Shown here: piece after piece, positions 23,254 to 31,970 of the stretch
Layout of the letters: every line of letters starts with the position of its first letter
Position numbering within the stretch: the stretch's first letter is position 1
From: a virus
Lineage: Duplodnaviria; Caudoviricetes
Length of the DNA stretch: 37,723 nt
IMG/VR virus record: IMGVR_UViG_3300006188_000297
Span: 1-37,723 of that record
Reading direction: 5' to 3' (one strand)
Notes under the pieces: model-generated
Database searches by the model: none
The model's input: only the letters and a program-made list of their open reading frames with translations
What the model was told of the DNA's origin: nothing
Program-made: the position numbers and the translations under genes

Positions 23254-25396
23254 AGGTCACAGTGGCAAAGCCTGCAACGCGGGCGCCGAACCAGGTGCCG
23301 CCCACATGCTGAAGTTTGAGAGTGAGGACGGCACTGCCCACGTACTGCGCCTGGCCGACGCTGCCGTGCTCGCCCTTGATTTCCACGGTCTTGGCGCCTA
23401 CGGGCACGCCTTCGGGGATGGTGAAACGGCCCTCCAGCACGCCGGCCGCCGTGGCCACCAGGGTGCCGCCTGCCAGCGCCTGGGGCGCCACAGGCTGGCC
23501 ATCGAAATGCAGGCTTTGCAGCGCTTCCAGCGGCCGGAATCCCGCCAGCGAAAACTTGACTTCCAGCGGGCGCAGGGTGATGCCGCTGGTATCCAGCAGA
23601 CTTTCGTCTATCTGGTCCCTGTAGCGGGCCTCCTGCGTTTCGCGGATGTCGTAAAAGCCCCAGTACGAGCTGACGGTGCGCGGGTATTCGAGTTCCTGGG
23701 GCTGCTCCCAGCGGTCCACGCTGGGCACCAGGGTGACGGTGGCCGGTAGCACGCCGGGCGTGGGCAGACCGTTGACGCGCATGGACCGGCTGGTGGCGCC
23801 CTGGCCCAGGGCCTTGGCCAGCGTGTATTCCAGGCTGTGCGCGGTCTTGCCGTCGCCCAGCATGTAGGCGTGTTCGGCCTCGTACAGCTGCAGCGCGCCA
23901 CCTGCCACCATGGCCGTCTGCTGCAGGCCCTGGTCGCGCATGCTGTCGTCAATCATGGGGTCGGCGAAGTAGCCTTTTTTCAGGCCGCTGTAACGGCCTG
24001 CGGTGTCGGTGGCCAGGCGCAGCTCGGCCAGGTCCATCTCGATGCGGTCCATGCGCTCGCGGTACGCCACCAGGGTCTGCATGGGCACCACGCGCACGCT
24101 GTCCGGCTCGGTGCGGCGCGTGGCTGGCTCCCAGGTCTGGTAGATGCTGCCCAGGGCCAGCACGTTGCCCGGCACATCGGGCGCCACGGGTTGCCAGGTG
24201 GCAGGGATGCCCTTTACCACGTTGATCAGGCCATCGCCACCCATGACGATGCGGTCAATGCGGCGCAGCGCATAGCGGTAGTCCACCAGGATCAGGGTGG
24301 CGGGCAGCGCGCCCTGCACGTCAAAGCCGCGCGTGGTCTGGTTCTGCGCGGGCTCGGTGCTGATGTAGTCATAGCTCGCGCTGTAGGTGCTGCCCGGGGT
24401 GGGCTCGGCGCCGGTCGGGCTCCAGTCGATCTGCCCGGCCGTCAGCTTGTAGTCGATGTCCCTTTTGTAGGTGGTGCCGCCCTGGGTCACGCTGTTGATC
24501 TGCACCACGCTGGCGTCGGGCAGCGGGTCAGCGGCGCCGACGAAACTGCCGTGCACCACCTGGGCGGTCTTGCGGCGCGTGATGCGCAGGGTGGCCTGCT
24601 CCAGCACGGGCCAGCGGTCGAATGCCACATGCTGCAGCGCATCCGTGCTGCTGCTGTGGGGCTCGCTGTTGACCTGGGCCATGTCGGCCTTGGCCTCGAA
24701 GACCAGGCGCCGGTCGGCGGGCACTTCGATGGACACGCCGCCCACACGCGCGGCGCCGGCCGTGATGGCGTAGACCTGGCGGCCTTGGTCATCGTCGGGC
24801 AGCTGCAGCGTCTGCAGGCCGCGCACGGCGTAGGTGCCGCCCGCGCTGTCGCGGTCATAGCGTTCTATGGCCTTGGTGACGGCGTTGAGCTGGGGCGCGG
24901 GCTCGCGCGGCTTGACGATGCCATCTTCAACGGTCCACACAGGGTAGAAATCCCCTTCGCCCTGGCCCTGCAGGCCCCAGGCGACGGACACCTGCAGGCG
25001 GTCGGCCCCGGGCTCGCCGTAGCCGCTGGTCCCCACTGCGGGGTTGTACAGGGTCGGGTCTTGCTCGGCCGTGACGATGCGCGTGGCGTAGTGCACGCCG
25101 ATGTAGACGGTGCCCTGCACGGCGATCTGCAGCGCGGCAGCGGCCACGTCATGGACGGCGCCGTTCAGGTAGATGCTGCCGGCCTCCAGCTGGCAGGCGC
25201 CGGTTTCTGCATTGACACTGCAGCGCGCGCCGGCCGTGATGTCGCCATCGGCAAACAGCACATCGGCCACGCGGCGCAGGGCATAGCGGGCCTGGGCCTG
25301 GGTCTCGTTTTGCTCGGCCGACTGCGCCACGCGGTCGGCGTGGAAGATGTGCTCGGTGTAGCCCTTGGCAGGGTCGTGTCGGTTGTAGCTGGTCAT
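23243..25396 (-). CDS. Large baseplate/tail protein, 717 aa (DUF4815-like)
   Basis: YNRHDPAKGY...QSAEQNE, EPGADRL, YDRDS, KKGYFADP motifs; occupies fibre-gene position. Confidence 0.7.
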   Translation of the reverse strand: MTSYNRHDPAKGYTEHIFHADRVAQSAEQNETQAQARYALRRVADVLFADGDITAGARCSVNAETGACQLEAGSIYLNGAVHDVAAAALQIAVQGTVYIGVHYATRIVTAEQDPTLYNPAVGTSGYGEPGADRLQVSVAWGLQGQGEGDFYPVWTVEDGIVKPREPAPQLNAVTKAIERYDRDSAGGTYAVRGLQTLQLPDDDQGRQVYAITAGAARVGGVSIEVPADRRLVFEAKADMAQVNSEPHSSSTDALQHVAFDRWPVLEQATLRITRRKTAQVVHGSFVGAADPLPDASVVQINSVTQGGTTYKRDIDYKLTAGQIDWSPTGAEPTPGSTYSASYDYISTEPAQNQTTRGFDVQGALPATLILVDYRYALRRIDRIVMGGDGLINVVKGIPATWQPVAPDVPGNVLALGSIYQTWEPATRRTEPDSVRVVPMQTLVAYRERMDRIEMDLAELRLATDTAGRYSGLKKGYFADPMIDDSMRDQGLQQTAMVAGGALQLYEAEHAYMLGDGKTAHSLEYTLAKALGQGATSRSMRVNGLPTPGVLPATVTLVPSVDRWEQPQELEYPRTVSSYWGFYDIRETQEARYRDQIDESLLDTSGITLRPLEVKFSLAGFRPLEALQSLHFDGQPVAPQALAGGTLVATAAGVLEGRFTIPEGVPVGAKTVEIKGEHGSVGQAQYVGSAVLTLKLQHVGGTWFGARVAGFATVTYVV

Positions 25397-25403
25397 GCGC
25401 GAC

Positions 25404-25892
25404 TCACAGTGGGATCACTATTTCTTCGGTGGCCTTGGTCGTGCCGCTGCGCAGGACCGGCGAGCGGTATTCCAGGCAATACACGGTGCCCGGGTTCTCG
25501 ACCTCGGCCGGCGTCAGGTAGCGCTGGCCAGGCGGCACGCCTGCCTTGGCCACGGTGCCGAAAAACACGCCGCATTCGCGCACGGTTTCGCCCTGGGCAT
25601 CGCCAAAGCCGAACGTGGTGCGCAGCAGCAGAAAGGGCGTGGGCACCTGGCTGGTCTTGTAGTAGACCTGGCCGGGCATCTCGATATCGTGGTCCTGGGC
25701 CGTGCCGGGCACGGCATAGCCCACGTCCACCACGGTGCGGCGGCCGATTTCGTCCAGCAGCGTGGTGCGGTCGGCGGGGGTAGCCGGGGGCGCGGGCCAC
25801 GCGCCATCGCCGCGGCCCCATGCGATGTGCACGGGCATGGCCGCCAGGGATTTGGCCAGCGCGATGCGGCCGGCGTCTTGCAGTGTCTGCAT
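25404..25892 (-). CDS. Baseplate-associated protein, 162 aa
   Basis: LQDAGRIALA...HIAWGRG...LLDEIGRR...VRECGVF resembles N-terminal fibre-attachment domains. Confidence 0.65.
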   Translation of the reverse strand: MQTLQDAGRIALAKSLAAMPVHIAWGRGDGAWPAPPATPADRTTLLDEIGRRTVVDVGYAVPGTAQDHDIEMPGQVYYKTSQVPTPFLLLRTTFGFGDAQGETVRECGVFFGTVAKAGVPPGQRYLTPAEVENPGTVYCLEYRSPVLRSGTTKATEEIVIPL

Positions 25893-25895
25893 GGG

Positions 25896-26843
25896 CTATT
25901 CCTCGGATTCTGTGGTTTTGCTGTGGATGTTGGATTGCTGCCAGTGGTCGCTGTCCCAGCGCCCGGTCCAGCCGCGTGCGGGGGCCATGCGCGGCTGGGC
26001 GGCGCCCGTGGCCAGGGTGTTGGCGGCGCCAGGCCACTGGCCCGGCCGTGCGCCAGCGGTAGCTGCCCATATCTCGCCGTAGCTGGTCCACGGCTGATGC
26101 TGCGCGTGCGCGGGTGCCTGGTCGGGCGTGTACTGGTGTTGGCCGCCGCCCGCCAGGCGCTGCATGGGTCCGTCCCAGCGCCACACATCCAGGCGCAGCT
26201 GGTCGGCCCGGCGCATGCGGCCACTGGTGTGCTGGTGGTCGGCGCTGCGCAGCGGGGTGAGGTTGGGGCGCTGGGCCTGGGACTGGTTGATGCGGCCTTG
26301 GCTACCGATAACGGGCGGCTCACCTTCGCCCACGTCCACAGGCGTGCCGCTGTCGTTGTCCCAGAGGGCGCCGTCCAGCTTTGGCGCACGGTCCCAGCGC
26401 AGGGCGCGCAAATCGAAGCGATAGAACACGCGGTAGAAATGGACGTGCAGCGGGATGCTGGCCCGCACCACATGGGCCATGCGCGCGATATCGCTGTTGC
26501 TGACTTCGCGGCCCGGGTTGATGTGCAGGCGGGCGCCATCCTCTTCCAGGGTCACGCTCAGGTAGCCCTGCCAGGCCAGCGCGCGGCGCACGGCGGCGGC
26601 GCTGCCACGCTCACGCAGCCAGGGCAGGCCCTTGGCCAGCAGCTCGCGCGGGTCGGAAAAATACCGCTCGAATTGCCCCAGCTGCCACTGCTGGGCCAGC
26701 CAGGGCAGCAGGGCCGGGTGCTGGGCGGTGCTGGCCGGCTCGGCCGCGTCGGCCATGGTGCCCCAGTCACGCGGCAGCGTGGTGTCTATCACGCGCTCCA
26801 GGCTGGTGGATGCTGGGGGCAGGATGCTGCGGCGGGCGTCCAT
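25896..26843 (-). CDS. I: P2 gpI-like tail protein with Trp-rich C-terminal extension, 315 aa
   Basis: SILPPASTSLER, LLPWLAQQW, RGSAAAVRRAL. Confidence 0.8.
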   Translation of the reverse strand: MDARRSILPPASTSLERVIDTTLPRDWGTMADAAEPASTAQHPALLPWLAQQWQLGQFERYFSDPRELLAKGLPWLRERGSAAAVRRALAWQGYLSVTLEEDGARLHINPGREVSNSDIARMAHVVRASIPLHVHFYRVFYRFDLRALRWDRAPKLDGALWDNDSGTPVDVGEGEPPVIGSQGRINQSQAQRPNLTPLRSADHQHTSGRMRRADQLRLDVWRWDGPMQRLAGGGQHQYTPDQAPAHAQHQPWTSYGEIWAATAGARPGQWPGAANTLATGAAQPRMAPARGWTGRWDSDHWQQSNIHSKTTESEE

Positions 26844-27697
26844 CAGGCCACCCCTGCATCGATCAGCTCCACGGCGCCCAGGGCCGGGAATTCGCCGGCC
26901 GCAATCGGCGTGATGGGCGCGGGCCGCGTGTTGTCCGGGTAGTCCACGGCGTGCACGCCATCGACGTGCAGCAGCGTGGTGATGTAGCTGCGCGCCAAGC
27001 TGCCGTCCAGGCTGGCCATGCCCGCAAAGGCCGCCTGCAGGCGCGCCTGCAGCTGCTGCAGCAGGCCAGCCGGTGCGGTGCGCGTGCGGGTGATGCGGGC
27101 GGTGATGTCGATGGTGCGTGGCACGGCCACGGCCACATTGACGGGCACGCCCAGCATGCGGGCGTTGTCGGCATTCAGGGCCTCGGACACCAGCTGCCGC
27201 ACGGCCTGGGCCTGCGCCTGGTCGGCGACCCACAGCATGACGAGCACGCTGCCCGGCGCCTGCTGGCTGGCCCGCACGGCGCGCACCAGGGGCGAGGCGG
27301 TGAGGGCGTGGAATTCGTAGTGCTCGCGCGTGCCCTGGCCGGCCAGGGCGGCGATGCGCAGCTGCAGGCGGGTGCGCAGGCGGTCGTCGGTTTCGCCATC
27401 CTGGCGGGTCACGCCGTACTGCGCGGCCAGGTGGTCGAGGTCGCCGCCCGTGGCAAAGGCCAGCAGGTGGGCGCGGGCGGCATCGTTGACGCGGGCGCGG
27501 TACAGCAGCTCACGGTAGGCGCAGGCCTCCAGCAGCTTGACGATGGGATCAGATTCGAGCGCGAGGACTTCGGCCAGCTCGGGCGCGCGGGCCAGTATGT
27601 CGGCCTTGAGGTCGGCCAGTATCTGCTCGAAGTCCAGCGGCTCGATGATCTGCGGGGCGGGGAGGGTGGCCAGGTCTGTGCCCGGGGATTGGCTCAT
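26843..27697 (-). CDS. J: Baseplate wedge protein gpJ
   Basis: LPAPQIIEPLDFE, ESDPIVKLLE, RVNDAAR, GETDDRLR. Confidence 0.93.
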   Translation of the reverse strand: MSQSPGTDLATLPAPQIIEPLDFEQILADLKADILARAPELAEVLALESDPIVKLLEACAYRELLYRARVNDAARAHLLAFATGGDLDHLAAQYGVTRQDGETDDRLRTRLQLRIAALAGQGTREHYEFHALTASPLVRAVRASQQAPGSVLVMLWVADQAQAQAVRQLVSEALNADNARMLGVPVNVAVAVPRTIDITARITRTRTAPAGLLQQLQARLQAAFAGMASLDGSLARSYITTLLHVDGVHAVDYPDNTRPAPITPIAAGEFPALGAVELIDAGVA

Positions 27698-28050
27698 GGC
27701 GCGCCCCCGATGGTGACGGCCAGGCGCAGGGCGCGGGCCTTGGCGGCGGCGCCGGTCAGCAGGTTGCCCACCACGGTGATGGTGGCGCGGCCCTTGGTCA
27801 GCGGGTCGCGCTCGATGTTGAGCTGCTGCAGCTGCAATCGCGGCTCCCAGCGCATCAGAGCACTGGCGGCGGCGGACAGCAGGCGGATTTCGGTGGTGCG
27901 GTTGTCGGGCTGGTCCACCAGTGCGGGCACGAGCGAGCCGTAATCGCGGCGCATGACGCGCGTGCCGATGGGCGTGGCCAGGATGTCGCCGATGGACTGG
28001 CGCAGATGCTCCACCTCGGTGATGGCGCGGCCGGTGTTGCGGTCCATCAT
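27694..28050 (-). CDS. W: Baseplate protein gpW (gp25 family)
   Basis: HLRQSIGDILATPIGTRVMRRDYGS, RWEPR. Confidence 0.93.
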   Translation of the reverse strand: MMDRNTGRAITEVEHLRQSIGDILATPIGTRVMRRDYGSLVPALVDQPDNRTTEIRLLSAAASALMRWEPRLQLQQLNIERDPLTKGRATITVVGNLLTGAAAKARALRLAVTIGGAP

Positions 28051-28646
28051 CGCGGCGCCCCCGTGTTGCTGTCGCCGGAGCGCACGCCGCCGTGTACGTG
28101 CTTCACCAAGCTGATGCCCTGGGCCTCGATGTCCACGTTGGTGGAGATGCCCCCGGCCGTCATGCTGAGCGATGCGGCGCCCACGTTGAGCTGCAGGCTG
28201 GTGGGGGTCATGTGCAGGCGGCACTGGCCCTGTCCCACGTCCAGCGTGATGGACTCCAGGCACATGATTTCCAGGGCGCCGCGCAGCCACTGCAGGTGGT
28301 TGTCTTGCGCCCACTCCATGCGCTCGCATTCGGGCTGGTCGCTGGGCTGGGGCATGGCGTCGGAGTACAGGCCCACCAGGGCCACGCCCTGGGTCATGTC
28401 GCCGCCCTGGCACAGCACCACGGCCTGCTCACCCACTACGGGCGGGCACCAGTGCCGGCCGCCCTGGGCGCCGCCAGCGCGCAGGGCCAGCCAGGGGAGC
28501 CAGTCCGTGGTGTTGTCGCCCACCTTGACGCGCAGGCAGGCCGGGCTGGTCAGCTGCACGGCGGCCACGGTGCCGCGCCGGATCAGGTTCTCCAGGCGGC
28601 GGGCGGCCTCGTAGGGCGATTCGGTTTGTGCGACGGGCGATTCCAT
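28047..28646 (-). CDS. V: Baseplate spike gpV
   Basis: RRLENLIRRGTV, TDWLPW, PPVVGEQ, SLVKHVHGGV (His metal-binding tip). Confidence 0.93.
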   Translation of the reverse strand: MESPVAQTESPYEAARRLENLIRRGTVAAVQLTSPACLRVKVGDNTTDWLPWLALRAGGAQGGRHWCPPVVGEQAVVLCQGGDMTQGVALVGLYSDAMPQPSDQPECERMEWAQDNHLQWLRGALEIMCLESITLDVGQGQCRLHMTPTSLQLNVGAASLSMTAGGISTNVDIEAQGISLVKHVHGGVRSGDSNTGAPR

Positions 28647-28653
28647 GGCCCCC

Positions 28654-28712
28654 ATGGTGGCCACGCACGCGCGCGAAGGCCACAAGCATGGCCGGTGCCA
28701 GGCGGTGCAACC
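28654..28712 (-). promoter_or_regulatory. Late promoter pV with putative Ogr site (likely leaderless V mRNA)
   Basis: GGCCGGTGCCAGGCGGTGC starting at 28690, 36 nt from -10 end (CACCAT, 28654); ATG 7 nt downstream of -10. Confidence 0.65.
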
Positions 28713-28725
28713 GCCGAGAGGCGAT

Positions 28726-29196
28726 CTAGAGTTTCAGGTGTTGCAGCACCAGGGTGCGCAGTTTGTCCAGATCCTCATCCCCGTAGCCCAGCAGCTCGCG
28801 TGCCGGGTAGTCGTAGCGCGGGCCTCGGCCGGGGTTCACGTTGTCGGTTTCCCCGAAGTGGTGGACGCGGGCCACGCGCTGCGCACGGCCCAGGAATTCG
28901 ACCACGGCGCCATCGGTCTGGCCCTTGGCCTGCAGGGCTTTGGCGCGCTTGAGCTTGGCCATCATGGGGCCGGTCTTGGTTTCAAAGCGGGGCTTGCGCC
29001 GGCCCTTGAGCGAAGGGGGCGGCTTGCGCGCTTCCCAGCGGCTGCCGTCCGGCGCCTGCTGCTGCGTCATGCGGCGCGTGTTGGTGGTGCGCAGGCTGCG
29101 AGCCACCTGTGCGGCGAGGCGCTTGCGCTCGGGCGGGCTGAGCTTTTCGAGGAATGCGCCGGCCCAATCTTCCAGGGCCTTGAGTTCCTGGGCCAT
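28726..29196 (-). CDS. S: Tail completion / virion morphogenesis protein gpS
   Basis: QQAPDGSRWEARK, RVARVHHFG, YPARELLG. Confidence 0.9.
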   Translation of the reverse strand: MAQELKALEDWAGAFLEKLSPPERKRLAAQVARSLRTTNTRRMTQQQAPDGSRWEARKPPPSLKGRRKPRFETKTGPMMAKLKRAKALQAKGQTDGAVVEFLGRAQRVARVHHFGETDNVNPGRGPRYDYPARELLGYGDEDLDKLRTLVLQHLKL

Positions 29197-29199
29197 GGC

Positions 29200-29736
29200 T
29201 TACAGCGGCATGCGTTGGCGCCACACGGGCGGCAGAAATTCCCAGGTCGCCAGCTTTTGGTCCCGCATCCACAGCTCCCAGACTTCGAGCTGCCGCACGT
29301 CCTGGCCATCGAAGCGCTGCAGACCCACAGGGCCGGGCTCGGGTGGATGGGTGATTCGCAGGCGCGTGTCGTGGTCCGGGTCTGGTGTGACGATGGCGCG
29401 CTCTGTGAGTTCGATCTGTATGCCCAGGTCGTAGGTGGATGCGCCTATCGGTTCCACGCCGAAGCGTATGGCGTTCTCACGCTTGGCGGGGTTGTCGAAC
29501 AGCTCGGGCTGGTTGACCTGGCACCAGGCCAGCAGCGGCACCATGATGGCGTCCGGGTGGCCCGCGTAGCCCAGCAGGGTGGCATAGGCGGTGTATCGGT
29601 ACTCGAAGGACAGCGAGGCCGTGCCCGTGGCGATGAGGCGGCCGTCATCGCCATAGACGATGAAATTCTCAGGGTCGCGCGCCAGGTCGGGCGCGCATTG
29701 GGCCAGGAAGTCGCGCAGGCTCTGCAGCTTGAGCAT
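29200..29736 (-). CDS. R: Tail completion protein gpR
   Basis: KLQSLRDFL, SLSFEYRY, VPLLAWCQVNQPEL, LTERAIV. Confidence 0.9.
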   Translation of the reverse strand: MLKLQSLRDFLAQCAPDLARDPENFIVYGDDGRLIATGTASLSFEYRYTAYATLLGYAGHPDAIMVPLLAWCQVNQPELFDNPAKRENAIRFGVEPIGASTYDLGIQIELTERAIVTPDPDHDTRLRITHPPEPGPVGLQRFDGQDVRQLEVWELWMRDQKLATWEFLPPVWRQRMPL

Positions 29737-29737
29737 G

Positions 29738-30319
29738 TCAGCCCCCCATTCCGGCCAGCGTCTGCTCGGTCCAGCGGTCCATGGCCTTGCGCATCAGCTC
29801 GTATCGGTCGATGCAGTGATTCAGCTCCCGGATTCCCTGGTCCCCATCGTGGGCGATGTCGGCAAGATTTGCTGCTGCCGTTGGGTCAAGTTGGGCATAC
29901 GCGGTTTCAGGCCCAGCGGTTCCACCCTGGGCGGTGCCGCGTGGCGCAGGTCCACCGCAGGCGGGCACTGCAGGGACGATGGGGACGCGCACGCGGACAG
30001 TGCCAGCACGCACGCCAGCGACATGGGTTTGGTGAGAGGCATTGGCGGCTCCTTGGATGGTTTCGAGCTGGTTTTTCTGTTCAGCGATCTGCTTGCGCAA
30101 GTCGCGCTCTGTGTCGTCGCGCTCGGCGCGCAGCTTGTCCACGGCCTCGTCGGCCTTGCGCTGCTGGGCCTGCAGGGCGGTCTGCTGTGCTTTGGCGGCG
30201 CTGCGGCCCTCGTAAAGCACGCCCGCGCAGAAGGTGGCCAGGATCAAAGCCAGAAGCAGCACGCCGGGCAGCAGAATTTGCGAGCCGAGCAGGCCGCGCT
30301 GGTGGTGGTTCGGGGTCAT
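29738..30319 (-). CDS. Inner-membrane spanin (Rz/LysB-like), 193 aa
   Basis: N-terminal TM, coiled coil, VRAGTVRVRV, GDQGIRELNHC; follows endolysin. Confidence 0.8.
   Translation of the reverse strand: MTPNHHQRGLLGSQILLPGVLLLALILATFCAGVLYEGRSAAKAQQTALQAQQRKADEAVDKLRAERDDTERDLRKQIAEQKNQLETIQGAANASHQTHVAGVRAGTVRVRVPIVPAVPACGGPAPRGTAQGGTAGPETAYAQLDPTAAANLADIAHDGDQGIRELNHCIDRYELMRKAMDRWTEQTLAGMGG
29821..30042 (-). CDS. Outer-membrane lipoprotein spanin (Rz1-like) embedded in i-spanin
   Basis: Signal peptide with lipobox LSAC, Pro-rich mature part, alternative frame inside i-spanin. Confidence 0.72.
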   Translation of the reverse strand: MPLTKPMSLACVLALSACASPSSLQCPPAVDLRHAAPPRVEPLGLKPRMPNLTQRQQQILPTSPTMGTRESGS

Positions 30320-30900
30320 GTCAGGGCCTCCATGCAGGCGCTGTGCCGCGCGAGCTGCCGGGTCCATACGCCGCGGCAAACGCGGTTGCCCGGCGTGCTG
30401 CAGTCAAAGCGCCAGCGGCGCGGCCGGCCCGCGCTGTCCCATTGGTACGTGGTCCAGCCTGCGGCCTCCTGCCGGGCGCTGGTCATGTAGCGATAGGCCA
30501 GGTAGGCCTGGCAGGCGCCCGCATAGTCGCCGGCCCGGGTGCGCGCCAGCATGCTGGAGCCCCGCCAGGCGCCGCAGCCGTATTGCCCTGCAAAGTCCAC
30601 GGCCTGGGCGAATTCGGCGGGGTGCACGGGCGTGTCGCCCAGCGAGTCGCGCACGCAGGTGCCGTATTGCGCTTCCAGCAGGTTGGTTGCCAGCTGCCGG
30701 GCGCGCTCGCGCGTGATGGGCGGATCTTCCATGGTCACGCGCTTGCCGTCCTCGTAGTGCGTGGCGCCGTGGCCGATGGTGGGCACGTCTCCCTGCACGG
30801 GCACGATGGGCCCCGAGCTGAAACCCTCGGCCGCAATCCAGGCGGTGACGATGGCCGCGCCGATGCCCAGCAGCTTGGCGGGGATGCGCTGGCCGCTCAT
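30316..30900 (-). CDS. Endolysin, lysozyme (GH24-like), probable SAR type
   Basis: Weakly hydrophobic N-terminus LLGIGAAIVTAWIAA followed by EG...GDVPTIGHGAT. Confidence 0.85.
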   Translation of the reverse strand: MSGQRIPAKLLGIGAAIVTAWIAAEGFSSGPIVPVQGDVPTIGHGATHYEDGKRVTMEDPPITRERARQLATNLLEAQYGTCVRDSLGDTPVHPAEFAQAVDFAGQYGCGAWRGSSMLARTRAGDYAGACQAYLAYRYMTSARQEAAGWTTYQWDSAGRPRRWRFDCSTPGNRVCRGVWTRQLARHSACMEALT

Positions 30901-31148
30901 GCCTGCACCTTGCAGGCTGCGGCCTGGTCCAGCGCCTCGCGCGCCTGCTTGGCGCGGCGGTCTTCGCGTTCATTGCTCCAGCGCCACAGCAGGTATGCCG
31001 CCTGCAGCAGCACGTAGAGGATGGTCAGCGCCGTGGCCGTGTGGGTCATGGTCCAGCCATTGGCCACGTTCGCGGCCACGACGGTGACGGGCGGGGCGGC
31101 CTTGGCACCCTCCATGGCAACGGCTTTCACGATGGTTTCGCGGTCCAT
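30897..31148 (-). CDS. Putative holin, 83 aa
   Basis: Small hydrophobic protein with charged C-terminus directly before endolysin. Confidence 0.7.
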   Translation of the reverse strand: MDRETIVKAVAMEGAKAAPPVTVVAANVANGWTMTHTATALTILYVLLQAAYLLWRWSNEREDRRAKQAREALDQAAACKVQA

Positions 31149-31149
31149 A

Positions 31150-31374
31150 TCAGTCCCACAGTTGAATCATTGGGCGGGCCGGCGCGGGCGCGGCCACCAG
31201 TTGGACGGGCTCGCCAGCGCCCAGGCCTGCGGCGCGCTTGGCCAGGCCGGGGTGGGCGTTGAGCGTGGCTTCCACGGCGCCAGCCGTGCGGCCCAGGTGC
31301 CGGTGGCACAGGGCGTCCAGCGTGTCGTGCTCATGGGCGCGCACGGTGGTGGTGGGGCTGCTGATGGTGGCCAT
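31150..31374 (-). CDS. X: Tail protein X
   Basis: VRAHEHDTLDALCHRHLG...NAHPGLA...IQLWD. Confidence 0.92.
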   Translation of the reverse strand: MATISSPTTTVRAHEHDTLDALCHRHLGRTAGAVEATLNAHPGLAKRAAGLGAGEPVQLVAAPAPARPMIQLWD

Positions 31375-31376
31375 GG

Positions 31377-31862
31377 CTACAGCAGTTCCACGGTGCAGCG
31401 GGCACGGCCCACCAGGTCGGCAATGGCCCAGCGCTGGTTTTTGCGGTGGTAGTCAACCTTGGCCGCCAGGGCCTCGCGCACGGCTTCCTCGCCTCCGCCG
31501 CCCACTTTGGTGGCCGCGCTTTCGCGGTAGGCCTCTTGCAGATCCGCCTGCAGGCATTCGTGCACGGCGCGGCGGTAGTGCAGGAGCTTGGCGCTTTCGC
31601 CGCCGACCTGTGGCGCGGGCACGTCCGCCAGCTGCGCATAGCCCCAGCGGGCGCGCTGCTCGGCCGCCCACTCGTACAGCTCAGCATTGACGCTGAGCAT
31701 GGCCGCCTTGAGGGCGGGCAGCAGGCGCGCGGTGGTCACGGTTCCGTCCAGGCGGCAGGCATCGCGCACCTGGGTGGGCGCCAGGTCGGGAAACCAGCCG
31801 TCATTGCTTACGGTGGGCTCTGCGGTGGATGCGGGCGGGTTGGCGTTGGCAATGAAGGACAT
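31377..31862 (-). CDS. L: Head completion protein gpL
   Basis: NDGWFPDL, RLDGTVT, YRRAV, WAIADLVGRARCTVELL. Confidence 0.92.
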   Translation of the reverse strand: MSFIANANPPASTAEPTVSNDGWFPDLAPTQVRDACRLDGTVTTARLLPALKAAMLSVNAELYEWAAEQRARWGYAQLADVPAPQVGGESAKLLHYRRAVHECLQADLQEAYRESAATKVGGGGEEAVREALAAKVDYHRKNQRWAIADLVGRARCTVELL

Positions 31863-31970
31863 GGCAGGCGGTGGCGGGTGGTGTAGGTGGGCGGTGGTCC
31901 GTGGCGTTGGCCGTGCGTGGCATGGCCAGATGGCCGTGGCAACGGAGCCGCCCGGCGCGGGGGGGTGCGC

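Noticed and set aside
28645-31017. 790-aa plus-strand ORF (likewise 15995-18238, 18217-20088, 23837-25783)
   Set aside because: Antisense to well-identified structural genes; typical stop-poor reverse frames
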